A stretch of 64,000 nt of DNA from Escherichia coli (GCF_003334785.1 NZ_QOWV01000013.1), one strand, 5' to 3'. Shown: positions 24,032-39,027, numbered from the stretch's first letter. The notes: generated by a model from the letters alone, not told the origin. A program made the numbers and translations.

Positions 24032-26533
24032 ATGGCCCTGATTGTGGAATTTATTTGTGAGCTACCTAACGGCGTACATGCGCGTCCGGCAAGCCACGTT
24101 GAAACGCTGTGTAATACTTTTTCATCACAAATTGAGTGGCATAACCTGCGCACTGACCGCAAGGGCAACGCCAAAAGCGCCCTTGCGCTGATTGGCACCG
24201 ATACGCTGGCGGGCGATAACTGCCAGTTACTGATTTCCGGGGCCGACGAACAGGAAGCGCACCAGCGTTTAAGCCAATGGCTGCGCGATGAATTCCCCCA
24301 CTGCGATGCGCCGCTGGCGGAAGTTAAATCTGACGAACTGGAACCACTGCCGGTTTCACTGACCAATCTGAATCCGCAAATTATCCGCGCCCGCACCGTG
24401 TGCAGCGGTAGTGCAGGCGGCATTCTGACGCCGATCTCTTCTTTAGATCTCAATGCGCTGGGTAATCTTCCCGCAGCCAAAGGCGTTGACGCCGAGCAAT
24501 CCGCACTGGAAAACGGCCTGACGCTGGTACTGAAAAACATTGAGTTTCGTCTGCTGGATAGCGACGGTGCTACCAGCGCGATTCTGGAAGCTCACCGATC
24601 CCTGGCTGGCGATACTTCCCTGCGCGAACATTTACTGGCAGGCGTCAGCGCCGGATTAAGCTGCGCCGAAGCAATTGTTGCCAGCGCGAATCACTTTTGC
24701 GAAGAGTTTTCCCGTTCCAGCAGCAGCTACCTGCAAGAACGTGCCCTGGACGTACGCGACGTCTGCTTCCAGTTACTCCAGCAAATCTACGGTGAGCAAC
24801 GCTTCCCGGCACCGGGCAAACTGACGCAGCCCGCCATTTGTATGGCTGATGAACTGACCCCCAGCCAGTTCCTCGAACTGGATAAAAATCACCTCAAAGG
24901 ATTGTTGCTCAAAAGCGGCGGCACCACCTCACATACGGTGATCCTTGCCCGTTCGTTCAACATTCCAACGCTGGTTGGTGTGGATATTGATGCCCTTACT
25001 CCGTGGCAGCAACAAACGATTTATATCGACGGCAACGCCGGGGCGATTGTGGTTGAGCCAGGGGAAGCCGTAGCTCGTTATTATCAGCAAGAAGCCCGCG
25101 TACAGGACGCCCTGCGTGAGCAACAGCGTGTCTGGCTGACCCAACAAGCCCGTACCGCTGACGGTATCCGCATTGAAATTGCCGCTAACATCGCTCACTC
25201 CGTGGAAGCGCAGGCCGCATTCGGCAATGGTGCGGAAGGCGTTGGTTTGTTCCGCACTGAAATGCTCTATATGGATCGCACCAGCGCACCGGGCGAAAGC
25301 GAGTTGTACAACATTTTTTGTCAGGCGCTGGAATCCGCCAACGGACGCAGCATTATTGTGCGCACTATGGACATTGGCGGCGACAAACCCGTTGATTATC
25401 TGAACATTCCCGCAGAGGCAAACCCGTTCCTCGGTTATCGCGCCGTGCGTATTTATGAAGAGTACGCGTCGTTGTTTACCACGCAGCTACGGTCGATCCT
25501 CCGCGCCTCCGCTCACGGCAGCCTGAAAATCATGATCCCGATGATCTCCTCAATGGAAGAGATCTTATGGGTGAAAGAAAAACTGGCGGAAGCCAAACAG
25601 CAACTACGTAACGAACACATTCCGTTTGATGAGAAAATCCAGCTCGGCATCATGCTGGAAGTGCCGTCGGTGATGTTCATCATCGATCAATGCTGCGAAG
25701 AGATTGATTTCTTTAGTATTGGTAGTAATGACCTGACGCAGTATCTGCTGGCGGTGGATCGCGATAACGCTAAGGTTACTCGTCACTACAACAGCCTGAA
25801 TCCGGCATTCTTGCGGGCGCTCGATTACGCCGTGCAAGCGGTGCATCGCCAGGGCAAATGGATTGGTCTGTGCGGTGAGCTGGGAGCGAAAGGTTCCGTG
25901 CTGCCGTTGCTGGTCGGCTTAGGGCTGGATGAACTCAGCATGAGCGCACCATCAATTCCGGCGGCGAAAGCTCGGATGGCGCAACTTGATAGCCGTGAGT
26001 GCCGCAAGTTGCTCAACCAGGCAATGGCCTGCCGTACTTCGCTGGAAGTGGAACACCTGCTGGCGCAATTCCGCATGACCCAACAAGACGCACCGCTGGT
26101 CACCGCCGAGTGCATCACACTGGAAAGCGACTGGCGCAGCAAAGAAGAAGTGCTCAAAGGCATGACCGATAACCTGCTGCTGGCGGGCCGCTGCCGCTAT
26201 CCGCGTAAACTGGAAGCCGACTTGTGGGCGCGCGAGGCCGTTTTCTCTACCGGTCTGGGCTTTAGTTTTGCCATTCCACACAGCAAATCAGAACACATTG
26301 AGCAATCCACCATCAGCGTGGCGCGTCTGCAAGCGCCGGTGCGCTGGGGCGATGATGAAGCGCAATTCATCATTATGTTAACCCTGAACAAACACGCTGC
26401 GGGCGATCAGCATATGCGCATTTTCTCGCGCCTCGCTCGCCGCATCATGCACGAAGAATTCCGTAACGCGCTGGTTAACGCCGCCTCTGCCGACGCTATC
26501 GCCAGCCTGCTGCAACATGAACTGGAACTGTAA
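24032..26533 (+). CDS. ptsA: Multiphosphoryl transfer protein, HPr-EI-EIIA fusion (833 aa)
   Basis: [26 protein letters not shown] (HPr-like) followed by an Enzyme I-like PEP-utilising domain and a C-terminal IIA-like domain; divergent from frwC. Confidence 0.9.
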
Positions 26534-26544
26534 AAGGAAACATC

Positions 26545-27207
26545 ATGGAACTGTATCTGGACACCGCTAACGTCGCAGAAGTCGAACGTCTGGCACGCAT
26601 ATTCCCCATTGCCGGGGTGACAACTAACCCGAGCATTATCGCTGCCAGCAAGGAGTCCATATGGGAAGTGCTGCCGCGTCTGCAAAAAGCGATTGGTGAT
26701 GAGGGCATTCTGTTTGCTCAGACCATGAGCCGCGACGCGCAGGGGATGGTGGAAGAAGCGAAGCGCCTGCGCGACGCTATTCCGGGTATTGTGGTGAAAA
26801 TCCCGGTGACTTCCGAAGGTCTGGCAGCAATTAAAATACTGAAAAAAGAGGGTATTACTACACTTGGCACTGCTGTATATAGCGCCGCACAAGGGTTATT
26901 AGCCGCACTGGCAGGGGCAAAATACGTTGCTCCGTATGTTAACCGCGTAGATGCCCAGGGCGGAGACGGCATTCGTACGGTTCAGGAGCTGCAAACGCTG
27001 TTAGAAATGCACGCGCCAGAAAGCATGGTGCTGGCAGCCAGCTTTAAAACGCCGCGTCAGGCGCTGGACTGTTTACTGGCAGGATGTGAATCCATCACCC
27101 TGCCCTTAGATGTAGCGCAACAAATGCTCAACACCCCTGCGGTAGAGTCAGCTATAGAGAAGTTCGAACACGACTGGAATGCCGCATTTGGCACTACTCA
27201 TCTCTAA
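26545..27207 (+). CDS. fsaB: Fructose-6-phosphate aldolase 2 (220 aa)
   Basis: [37 protein letters not shown].., transaldolase-like, 220 aa. Confidence 0.93.
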
Positions 27208-27217
27208 AGGAGCAATT

Positions 27218-28321
27218 ATGGACCGCATTATTCAATCACCGGGTAAATACATCCAGGGCGCTGATGTGATTAATCGTCTGGGCGAATACCTGAAGCCGCT
27301 GGCAGAACGCTGGTTAGTGGTGGGTGACAAATTTGTTTTAGGTTTTGCTCAATCCACTGTCGAGAAAAGCTTTAAAGATGCTGGACTGGTAGTAGAAATT
27401 GCGCCGTTTGGCGGTGAATGTTCGCAAAATGAGATCGACCGTCTGCGTGGCATCGCGGAGACTGCGCAGTGTGGCGCAATTCTCGGTATCGGTGGCGGAA
27501 AAACCCTCGATACTGCCAAAGCACTGGCACATTTCATGGGTGTTCCGGTAGCGATCGCACCGACTATCGCCTCTACCGATGCACCGTGCAGCGCATTGTC
27601 TGTTATCTACACCGATGAGGGTGAGTTTGACCGCTATCTGCTGTTGCCAAATAACCCGAATATGGTCATTGTCGACACCAAAATCGTCGCTGGCGCACCT
27701 GCACGTCTGTTAGCGGCGGGTATCGGCGATGCGCTGGCAACCTGGTTTGAAGCGCGTGCCTGCTCTCGTAGCGGCGCGACCACCATGGCGGGCGGCAAGT
27801 GCACCCAGGCTGCGCTGGCACTGGCTGAACTGTGCTACAACACCCTGCTGGAAGAAGGCGAAAAAGCGATGCTTGCTGCCGAACAGCATGTAGTGACTCC
27901 GGCGCTGGAGCGCGTGATTGAAGCGAACACCTATTTGAGCGGTGTTGGTTTTGAAAGTGGTGGTCTGGCTGCGGCGCACGCAGTGCATAACGGCCTGACC
28001 GCTATCCCGGACGCGCATCACTATTATCACGGTGAAAAAGTGGCATTCGGTACGCTGACGCAGCTGGTTCTGGAAAATGCGCCGGTGGAGGAAATCGAAA
28101 CCGTAGCTGCCCTTAGCCATGCGGTAGGTTTGCCAATAACTCTCGCTCAACTGGATATTAAAGAAGATGTCCCGGCGAAAATGCGAATTGTGGCAGAAGC
28201 GGCATGTGCAGAAGGTGAAACCATTCACAACATGCCTGGCGGCGCGACGCCAGATCAGGTTTACGCCGCTCTGCTGGTAGCCGACCAGTACGGTCAGCGT
28301 TTCCTGCAAGAGTGGGAATAA
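27218..28321 (+). CDS. gldA: Glycerol dehydrogenase (367 aa)
   Basis: ORF contains [41 protein letters not shown]..; iron-containing alcohol dehydrogenase family. Confidence 0.93.
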
Positions 28322-28365
28322 CCTACTCCAAACTCCCGGCTTGTCCGGGAGTTTGAACGCAAAAT

Positions 28366-28465
28366 TGCCTGATGCGCTACGCTTATCAGGCCTACGCAAT
28401 CTCTGCAATATATTGAATTTGCGTGCTTTTGTAGGCCGGATAAGGCGTTCACTCCGCATCCGGCA
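28366..28465. repeat. RIP/BIME-1-type element (REP - IHF-like core - REP) in the gldA-yijF spacer
   Basis: gcctgatgcgctacgcttatcaggcctac..attgaatttgc..gtaggccggataaggcgttcactccgcatccggca. Confidence 0.8.
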
Positions 28466-28595
28466 CTCTGTGCCAGTAATCTGAAACTCCCACGTTGTTC
28501 AGGAATTTTTTATCCGCTTCTGGACATTTTCTCTACAGAACAATCGTTAGCCCGGAAGGTCGAATCTGTGACTCTTATTTTCACGGACGAACCAG

Positions 28596-29213
28596 ATGAA
28601 AGCTTCACTGGCGCTGCTCAGCCTGCTAACGGCATTTACCAGCCACTCCTTAAAATCTCCCGCCGTTCCACCAACCGTGGTACAAATCCAGGCCAATACC
28701 AACCTTGCCATCGCAGACGGTGCCAGACAGCAAATTGGCAGCACGCTATTTTACGATCCGGCGTATGTGCAGCTTACTTATCCTGGCGGTGATGTTCCGC
28801 AAGAACGCGGTGTATGTTCCGATGTGGTGATCCGCGCATTGCGCAGCCAGAAGGTCGATTTGCAGAAACTGGTTCACGAAGATATGGCGAAGAATTTTGC
28901 TGAGTACCCGCAAAAATGGAAGTTAAAGCGCCCGGACAGCAACATCGATCACCGTCGGGTGCCTAATCTGGAAACCTGGTTTAGCCGCCATGATAAAACA
29001 CGCCCCACCAGCAAGAACCCCAGTGACTATCAAGCGGGCGATATTGTCTCCTGGCGACTGGATAACGGGCTGGCACATATTGGGGTGGTTTCAGATGGCT
29101 TCGCCCGCGACGGTACGCCGCTGATGATACATAACATTGGCGCAGGCGCGCAGGAAGAAGATGTGCTGTTTAACTGGCGGATGGTGGGGCATTATCGTTA
29201 TTTTGTTAAATAA
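28596..29213 (+). CDS. yijF: DUF1287 family protein with signal peptide (205 aa)
   Basis: MKASLALLSLLTAFTSHSLKSP.. signal-like N-terminus, 205 aa, position matches K-12 yijF. Confidence 0.85.
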   Translation: MKASLALLSLLTAFTSHSLKSPAVPPTVVQIQANTNLAIADGARQQIGSTLFYDPAYVQLTYPGGDVPQERGVCSDVVIRALRSQKVDLQKLVHEDMAKNFAEYPQKWKLKRPDSNIDHRRVPNLETWFSRHDKTRPTSKNPSDYQAGDIVSWRLDNGLAHIGVVSDGFARDGTPLMIHNIGAGAQEEDVLFNWRMVGHYRYFVK

Positions 29214-29239
29214 GAGATCGCCCCACATGAAGAAAAAAT

Positions 29240-30145
29240 TCAGATCCTTTTTACACTGACGGCTTCTTTTTTCTTACGGCTCACCAGCGCCAGTGCCAGC
29301 ACAATCAGCACAATACCGCTACCTTCAACGGCCCCCGGATTCTCGCCGAGCAGCCACCAGGAAAAGAGTACGCCGCAAACGGGAACGGCCAGTGTGCTTA
29401 AGCTGGCAATACTGGCAGGCAAGTTTTTCAATACAAACAACCATAAGCTCCACGCCAGTGCCGTCGCCAGAATCGCACTGTAGGCCAGCGCCCAGAACAC
29501 GGTGGGCTGCCAGTCAATTTCACGTTGCGGCACCAGTAAAGCGACCACACTCATCACCAGCGCCGCATACAGCATCTGCCAGGATGTTAACGACAATAAA
29601 TCCACGCGCGGATGACGGGCATACAGACGTTTAGCAACAATCGCGCTCGCCCCCCAACTGACGCCGGAGAGGATTGCCAGCATGGCACTTTTCATCGAAG
29701 AGAAATCGAGTTGCCACGGCTGCAACACCAAAAATAAGCCGAAAGCGGCAATCAGAATCGCGAAATATTGCCCACGTCGCAGGCGTTCACCGAGAAACAA
29801 CGCGGCGAAAATCACCACCCAGAACGGCATGGTATAGCTCAGGATCGCCACCTTCCCCGCACCTCCGCTGACCAACGCCCACTGCGCCAGACCAACCATC
29901 CCGCAGGTTTGTAACAGGGCAATGGCTAAGGTGTATTTAAACGGTGTCGGGCGCATTCCGCGACCACGTAATAAAAGGACGATGAATAAAACGAGAGCGC
30001 CGAAAATGCAGCGTAAGGCGGTAAAGTCGAAGGCACCGATGTAACTGGTGACTTGCTTCATGAAAATCCAGCTATAACTCCAGATAAGTGTGAGCACAAC
30101 CAGGCCACTGATTGCCAGTGGGTTGCTCTTTCCTGCGGCAGACAT
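29240..30145 (-). CDS. yijE: EamA/DMT-family inner membrane exporter (301 aa; cystine exporter)
   Basis: ORF contains [30 protein letters not shown]; annotated start internal to the 312-aa ORF. Confidence 0.88.
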
Positions 30146-30237
30146 GAGAGATCCAGTGTGTAGTTTTCGTTCGCCCACTATACGCTGGTAAAGAACGTTC
30201 AGCGACTGCCAGCAAGCAGCCGCTGAACGGGGTCAGA

Positions 30238-32472
<2,235 letters not shown>

Positions 32473-32746
32473 TTATAATTGAATTAATCCACGGATGCGA
32501 TAGTTGAGATCTTACATATTGTTGGTTAAAGAGATGTAGATCAAATTGATCTTAATTAAGCTTTTTTGATTATGTCCGAATTCGGACAAATGCTTTATAA
32601 AAAAGGGATTTAGCTTCATATCCTTCAAGTAATGAGGGAGAAAACAAGGCTGATAACCTTATTTTCCCGCCCTCATTTCGAGGCAGCATTTTGTTCTCTG
32701 TTTAAAATTTGTGATCACTGTGTGATTTTCACAAAAGCCACACTAT

Positions 32747-33640
<894 letters not shown>

Positions 33641-33682
33641 TTACCTCATCAATCGCTTGTAGTTATATGTTGTGTTGTGCAC

Positions 33683-33718
33683 ATCTATCCGTTTAGACGT
33701 CCAGATGTAAAGATGAAG
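33683..33718. promoter_or_regulatory. MetJ operator (tandem met boxes) in the metF promoter
   Basis: ..acatctatccgtttAGACGTCCAGATGTAAAGATGaagg: tandem 8-bp AGACGTCT-like repeats just upstream of the metF start. Confidence 0.65.
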
Positions 33719-33985
33719 GAAAAGCCGAAGGGCGTCAACCGAAAAATGACCAATGATGGTGAGGAAAAATCAGGGAAGATGAAAAAACTTCAGGATGGTA
33801 AGAAAAAGAAAATCCGGTATGCAAAGCAAACCGGACTGCAAATATAAACTAACCATGTACTTATTGCTTCTTGCCGGATTCGTCGTAAACGCTTAATCCG
33901 GCCTAATCCTATGATAATTCAATATATTTCATTAGAAACCATAAACCCGAAAACATGAGTACCGGGCATTATTAAATTTCTGAAA

Positions 33986-36418
33986 TTACAACAACTGTGC
34001 CAGTCGGTTGATATCCGACTGAATCGCCCCGGCGGTGACGTCGCGCCCAGCGCCAGGTCCGCGGATCACCAGAGGGTTATCGCGATACCAGCGGCTTTCG
34101 ATGGCAAAGACGTTATCGCACGGCAGCAGTGATGCCAACGGATGATCTTCACGCACCGCTTCCACGCCTACACGCGCTTTACCGTTGGCATCGAAACGCG
34201 CCACGTAGCGCAGCACCAGCCCCATTTCGCGGGCCGCTTCCAGCCGTTGCACCATCTGCTCGTTCAGTTCATCGCCATTTTCAAAGAAATGGTCGATGCT
34301 GCCGCCTTCGCAATGAGCAGGCACCAGCGATTCCACACGTACCTGATCCGGTTCGATGTTGTAACCTGCTTCACGCGCCAGAATCACCAGCTTGCGCATC
34401 ACGTCTTTGCCAGAGAGATCGTCACGCGGGTCAGGTTCGGTTAAGCCCTGCTGCCACGCCTGATCCACCAGCTCGGTAAACGGCACGCTACCGTCGAATT
34501 GCAGGAACAGCCAGGAGAGCGTGCCGGAGAAGATCCCGCTGATCGACAAAATAGTATCGCCGCTGTCGATCAGATCGCGCACGGTGTGGTTGATCGGCAA
34601 GCCCGCACCGACGGTGGCATTGTACAGCCAGTGACGCCCGGTTTTTTCGAAGGCGTCGTAGATCTGGCGATATTTATTGCTGTCGCTGGCTCCCGCCAGT
34701 TTGTTGGCGCTGATAACGTGGAAACCGTGGCTGGCGAAATCAAGATACTGATCAGCAAGCTGCTGGCTGGCGGTAACGTCCAGCACCACTAAATCATCAT
34801 ACGGATGGGCGCGCATCCACAGGAACAACGACTCTTCATCCTGCTCAACCGCTTCATCGTTGAAGAAGGCTAACGCGCGGCTGGCGTCCAGCCCGTCATA
34901 GCTCAACAGGCTGCGGCGGCTGTCCACCACACCTGCCAGCACAAACTCAAAGCCGGTACGTGCCGAAAGCGTGCTCTGCTCACGGGCGAACAGTTCCAGC
35001 CAACGGGAACCGATATTGCCCTTACCGAACAATACCAGGCCGATGCGTTTTTCTGCGCGGAAGACGGACTGATGCAGCCCCTGAATCAGGCTTTCGGTCG
35101 GGCCGGTGCGCAGTACTGCCACCAGGCTGATGCCGTCATCGGACTGCCAGGTAAATTCGACCGGCTGGCCTTTCAGTTGCTGCCAGAAGCGGTGGCAATG
35201 CAGCGGGTTACGGGTGACGCCTGCACCGACCATCGCCACCAGCGCCAGCCCCTGACGCAGGCGCAGTTCGCCAGGTAATCCCGCTTCGTCGAGGATTTTC
35301 AGCGCACTGTCGGCCACTTCTGAGGTGTAGCAAAATTGCAGCAACTGGCGATCGTTATGTACGCCAACCGCCAGCGGGCGTACCTGCGCGCGTTTCAGGA
35401 TTTGGTCGATCTCTTTATGCGCCAGTTTGAAATCCTGACTGGCGGGCACCTGAAACTCAATCAAACAGACATCATCGTGGCTGGTGACAATACGCGCACC
35501 AGTACCGGAGGCCAGCACGCGTTCAATGCGCGTGGAACCTTGATCCGGCGTGTAGCTACAGCGCAGTTGCAGGTCGATTTCGCTGCCAGAAACCGGCTGT
35601 AAAGTACGGGCGTGAAGAACGGGAGCCGCCAGGCGCGCCAGTTCGCTGGCCTCATCCAGACGCAGCAACGGCAGCAGGCAGGCATCTTTCACTTTACGCG
35701 GGTCGGCACTGTATACCCCGGCGACGTCGCTCCAGATGGTTACGCGAGAAACACCCGCCAGCGCACCGATTTGTGTCGCGGAATAGTCGGAACCGTTACG
35801 CCCCAGCAGCACCGTTTCACCGGCGTTGTTGCGGCTGATAAATCCGGTCACCACCAGACGTTTGCCCGGATGTTGCACCAGCAGCTGTTGCAGCAACGGG
35901 TAAGAAAGCCCTTCATCAACCTGCGGTTGTGCGGCGCGTTCAGCGCGTAAAAACTCGCGGGCATCAAGCCAGGCCGCTGGCAGCCCTTGTTGATTAAGTA
36001 CCGCAGACATCAGACGTGCCGACCATACTTCCCCGTGGCCCACCACTTCCGCATACACTGCGTCGTTAATACCGCTGTCGAGCAGCGCCGCCAGGCGCTC
36101 AAGGTCGCTGACAAAAGCGCTAATGAGGCTATCGGCTTCTTCAGCGGGTAGCAGACCGCTAATCAGATCGCACTGATAGCGACGCAGCGTTTGTTGAACC
36201 TGATGCGCAGAGAGACGATCGGTCTGGCTTAGTTTCAACCAGTTAATCAACTGGTTAGTGGTGCTACCGGCGGCGGAAACCACCATCATATCGTCAGGCT
36301 GAGAGTACTCCGCCATAATGCCCGCGACACGCAAATAACACTTCACATCAGCCAGACTACTGCCACCAAATTTATGCAGCTGACGACCTTTCGCCCCTGC
36401 CTGCGCAATCACACTCAT
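33986..36418 (-). CDS. metL: Bifunctional aspartokinase II / homoserine dehydrogenase II (810 aa)
   Basis: MSVIAQAGAKGRQLHKFGGSSLADVKCYLRVAGIMAEYSQPDDMMVVSAAGSTTNQLINWL.., 810 aa; 2 nt after the metB stop. Confidence 0.95.
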   Translation of the reverse strand: MSVIAQAGAKGRQLHKFGGSSLADVKCYLRVAGIMAEYSQPDDMMVVSAAGSTTNQLINWLKLSQTDRLSAHQVQQTLRRYQCDLISGLLPAEEADSLISAFVSDLERLAALLDSGINDAVYAEVVGHGEVWSARLMSAVLNQQGLPAAWLDAREFLRAERAAQPQVDEGLSYPLLQQLLVQHPGKRLVVTGFISRNNAGETVLLGRNGSDYSATQIGALAGVSRVTIWSDVAGVYSADPRKVKDACLLPLLRLDEASELARLAAPVLHARTLQPVSGSEIDLQLRCSYTPDQGSTRIERVLASGTGARIVTSHDDVCLIEFQVPASQDFKLAHKEIDQILKRAQVRPLAVGVHNDRQLLQFCYTSEVADSALKILDEAGLPGELRLRQGLALVAMVGAGVTRNPLHCHRFWQQLKGQPVEFTWQSDDGISLVAVLRTGPTESLIQGLHQSVFRAEKRIGLVLFGKGNIGSRWLELFAREQSTLSARTGFEFVLAGVVDSRRSLLSYDGLDASRALAFFNDEAVEQDEESLFLWMRAHPYDDLVVLDVTASQQLADQYLDFASHGFHVISANKLAGASDSNKYRQIYDAFEKTGRHWLYNATVGAGLPINHTVRDLIDSGDTILSISGIFSGTLSWLFLQFDGSVPFTELVDQAWQQGLTEPDPRDDLSGKDVMRKLVILAREAGYNIEPDQVRVESLVPAHCEGGSIDHFFENGDELNEQMVQRLEAAREMGLVLRYVARFDANGKARVGVEAVREDHPLASLLPCDNVFAIESRWYRDNPLVIRGPGAGRDVTAGAIQSDINRLAQLL

Positions 36419-36420
36419 TT

Positions 36421-37581
36421 TTACCCCTTGTTTGCAGCCCGGAAGCCATTTTCCAGGTCGGCAATTAAATCTTCGCCATCTTCAATACCGGTGGAGATAC
36501 GCAGCAGCGTCTCGGAGATCCCGGCGGCAGCACGCGCTTCTGGTGCCATGCCTGCATGTGTCATGGTTGCGGCGTGAGAGATTAAACTTTCCACTCCCCC
36601 TAATGATTCCGCCAGCGTAAACAACGACAGCCCGCCCAGGAAACGACGCAGCGTCTGCTCATCGCCATCCAGTTCAAAACTCAACATTGCGCCAAAGCCT
36701 TTTTGCTGGCGCGCGGCAATTTCATGCCCCTGATTTTCCGGCAACGACGGGTGATACAGTTTTTTCACCAACGGCTGGGTTTGCAGGTATTTCACAATCG
36801 CCTGCGCGTTGCGCTGCGCCAGCTCCATACGCGGCACCAGCGTTCGCAACCCACGTAGCAGCAGATAGCTGTCAAACGCGCCGCCCGTCACGCCAATATT
36901 GTTTGCCCACCAGGCCAGTTCAGTGACAACGTCCGGGTCTTTAGCAATCACCACGCCGGCCACTACGTCTGAGTGACCGTTCAGATATTTCGTGCATGAA
37001 TGCAACACCAGATCGGCACCTAATGCCAGCGGATTTTGTAATGCCGGGCTTAAGAAGGTGTTATCCACCACGCTCACCGCCCCGACTTCCCTTGCCAGAT
37101 GGCAGATTTTCGCAATATCCACGACGCGTAACAATGGATTACTTGGGCTTTCTACCAGTACCAGTTTGGGTTTTTCTGCCAGCGCTGCCCGTAATGCCTG
37201 TTCATCGCCTTGATCAACAAACAACACGCGATAGCAACCGCGTTTCGCCAGACTGTCGAACAGGCGATAGCTACCGCCGTAGCAGTCGTGCGGCGCAACC
37301 AGCAGATCGCCAGGTTTCAAAAAGACGGTCGTTACCAGGTGAATCGCGGACATGCCGGTATTAGTAAGTACTGCACCAGCACCACCTTCCAGTTCTGCCA
37401 GCGCACGCTGAACCACATCGCGCGTTGGGTTGCCGCGACGCGAGTAATCATGCGCGCGCGGTTCATTAAATCCGGTAAAGTTATAGGTGCTGGAAAGATG
37501 GATCGGTGGGACAACGCAACCATACTGTTCGTCGTCATTTAACCCGCTACGCACTGCGATGGTGGCCTGTTTACGCGTCAT
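36421..37581 (-). CDS. metB: Cystathionine gamma-synthase (386 aa)
   Basis: ORF contains MTRKQATIAVRSGLNDDEQYGCVVPPIHLSSTYNFTGFNEPRAHDYSRRGNPT..; annotated start internal to the 445-aa ORF. Confidence 0.93.
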   Translation of the reverse strand: MTRKQATIAVRSGLNDDEQYGCVVPPIHLSSTYNFTGFNEPRAHDYSRRGNPTRDVVQRALAELEGGAGAVLTNTGMSAIHLVTTVFLKPGDLLVAPHDCYGGSYRLFDSLAKRGCYRVLFVDQGDEQALRAALAEKPKLVLVESPSNPLLRVVDIAKICHLAREVGAVSVVDNTFLSPALQNPLALGADLVLHSCTKYLNGHSDVVAGVVIAKDPDVVTELAWWANNIGVTGGAFDSYLLLRGLRTLVPRMELAQRNAQAIVKYLQTQPLVKKLYHPSLPENQGHEIAARQQKGFGAMLSFELDGDEQTLRRFLGGLSLFTLAESLGGVESLISHAATMTHAGMAPEARAAAGISETLLRISTGIEDGEDLIADLENGFRAANKG

Positions 37582-37644
37582 GTGATGAAGTTCCCTGGGC
37601 TTTGTCGGTGAAATGTCAGGCACCAGAGTAAACATTGTGTTAAT

Positions 37645-37676
37645 GGACGTCAATACATCTGGACATCTAAACTTCT
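37645..37676. promoter_or_regulatory. MetJ operator (four tandem met boxes) in the divergent metB/metJ control region
   Basis: GGACGTCA ATACATCT GGACATCT AAACTTCT tandem 8-bp repeats. Confidence 0.7.
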
Positions 37677-37857
37677 TTGCGTATAGATTGAGCAAATCCC
37701 AAATAGCCGTTAAAATTATATGCATTATCACGCCGACAGGTGCATTACACGATGTCACGGTAACGCCTGTACGGTAAACTATGCGGGTTTACGGTCAGTA
37801 CCCACATCAACTGTGTGGTCTGGTCTCAATTTATTGACGAAGAGGATTAAGTATCTC

Positions 37858-38175
37858 ATGGCTGAATGGAGCGGCGAATATATCAGCCCATACGCTGAGC
37901 ACGGCAAGAAGAGTGAACAAGTCAAAAAGATTACGGTTTCCATTCCTCTTAAGGTGTTAAAAATCCTCACCGATGAACGCACGCGTCGTCAGGTGAACAA
38001 CCTGCGTCACGCTACCAACAGCGAGCTGCTGTGCGAAGCGTTTCTGCATGCCTTTACCGGGCAACCTTTGCCGGATGATGCCGATCTGCGTAAAGAGCGC
38101 AGCGACGAAATCCCGGAAGCGGCAAAAGAGATCATGCGTGAGATGGGGATTAACCCGGAGACGTGGGAATACTAA
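37858..38175 (+). CDS. metJ: Methionine repressor MetJ (105 aa)
   Basis: ORF contains [72 protein letters not shown].. Confidence 0.95.
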
Positions 38176-38204
38176 AGCAAAAAAGAGCGGCGCGGAGTGG
38201 AATC

Positions 38205-38302
38205 GCCTGATGCGCTACGCTTATCAGGCCTACGTCATATTGCAATTTATTGAATTTGCACGAACTTGTAGGCCGGATAAGGCGTTCACGCCGCATCCGG
38301 CA
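38205..38302. repeat. RIP/BIME-1-type element in the metJ-yiiX spacer
   Basis: gcctgatgcgctacgcttatcaggcctacg..tgcaatttattgaatttgca..gtaggccggataaggcgttcacgccgcatccggca; near-identical to the copy at 28366..28465. Confidence 0.8.
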
Positions 38303-38358
38303 TAAACAACGAGCACGTTGTCTGCGACCCACCGCTTTTTATACATGGACGTTTAACT

Positions 38359-38967
38359 ATGAAAAACAGGCTGCTGATCCTCAGCCTGCTGGTTTCTGTA
38401 CCTGCCTTTGCCTGGCAGCCACAAACCGGCGACATCATCTTTCAGATCTCTCGCTCATCGCAAAGTAAAGCGATCCAACTGGCGACCCATACCGATTATA
38501 GCCACACCGGTATGCTGGTGATACGCAACAAAAAGCCCTACGTTTTTGAAGCAGTCGGCCCGGTGAAATACACCCCGCTCAAGCAGTGGATCGCCCATGG
38601 TGAAAAGGGCAAATACGTTGTTCGCCGCGTTGAAGGCGGACTGAGTGTTGAACAACAGCAAAAACTGGCGCAAACGGCAAAACGTTATCTCGGTAAACCG
38701 TATGATTTCAGCTTCTCATGGAGCGACGATCGCCAGTACTGTTCGGAAGTGGTGTGGAAGGTTTACCAGAACGCGCTGGGAATGCGCGTGGGCGAGCAGC
38801 AGAAGTTGAAAGAGTTCGACCTGAGCAGCCCACAAGTTCAGGCAAAGCTCAAAGAACGTTACGGCAAGAATATTCCGCTTGAGGAAACGGTGGTCTCGCC
38901 ACAAGCCGTTTTCGATGCGCCACAACTCACCACGGTCGCCAAAGAATGGCCGCTGTTTTCGTGGTAA
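38359..38967 (+). CDS. yiiX: Secreted/periplasmic protein of unknown function, 202 aa (permuted papain-like/NlpC-like fold suggested)
   Basis: 202-aa ORF with signal peptide MKNRLLILSLLVSVPAFAWQPQTGDIIFQ; position matches K-12 yiiX. Confidence 0.8.
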   Translation: MKNRLLILSLLVSVPAFAWQPQTGDIIFQISRSSQSKAIQLATHTDYSHTGMLVIRNKKPYVFEAVGPVKYTPLKQWIAHGEKGKYVVRRVEGGLSVEQQQKLAQTAKRYLGKPYDFSFSWSDDRQYCSEVVWKVYQNALGMRVGEQQKLKEFDLSSPQVQAKLKERYGKNIPLEETVVSPQAVFDAPQLTTVAKEWPLFSW

Positions 38968-38986
38968 TACGACCAAAATTCAGGCA

Positions 38987-39016
38987 CAAAAAAAGCGCCG
39001 TGCGGCGCTTTTTTCG
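38987..39016. terminator. Bidirectional intrinsic terminator between convergent yiiX and rpmE
   Basis: aaaaaaagcgccgtgcggcgcttttttcgg: GC hairpin flanked by an A-run and a T-run. Confidence 0.7.
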
Positions 39017-39027
39017 GAAATCCGGTC

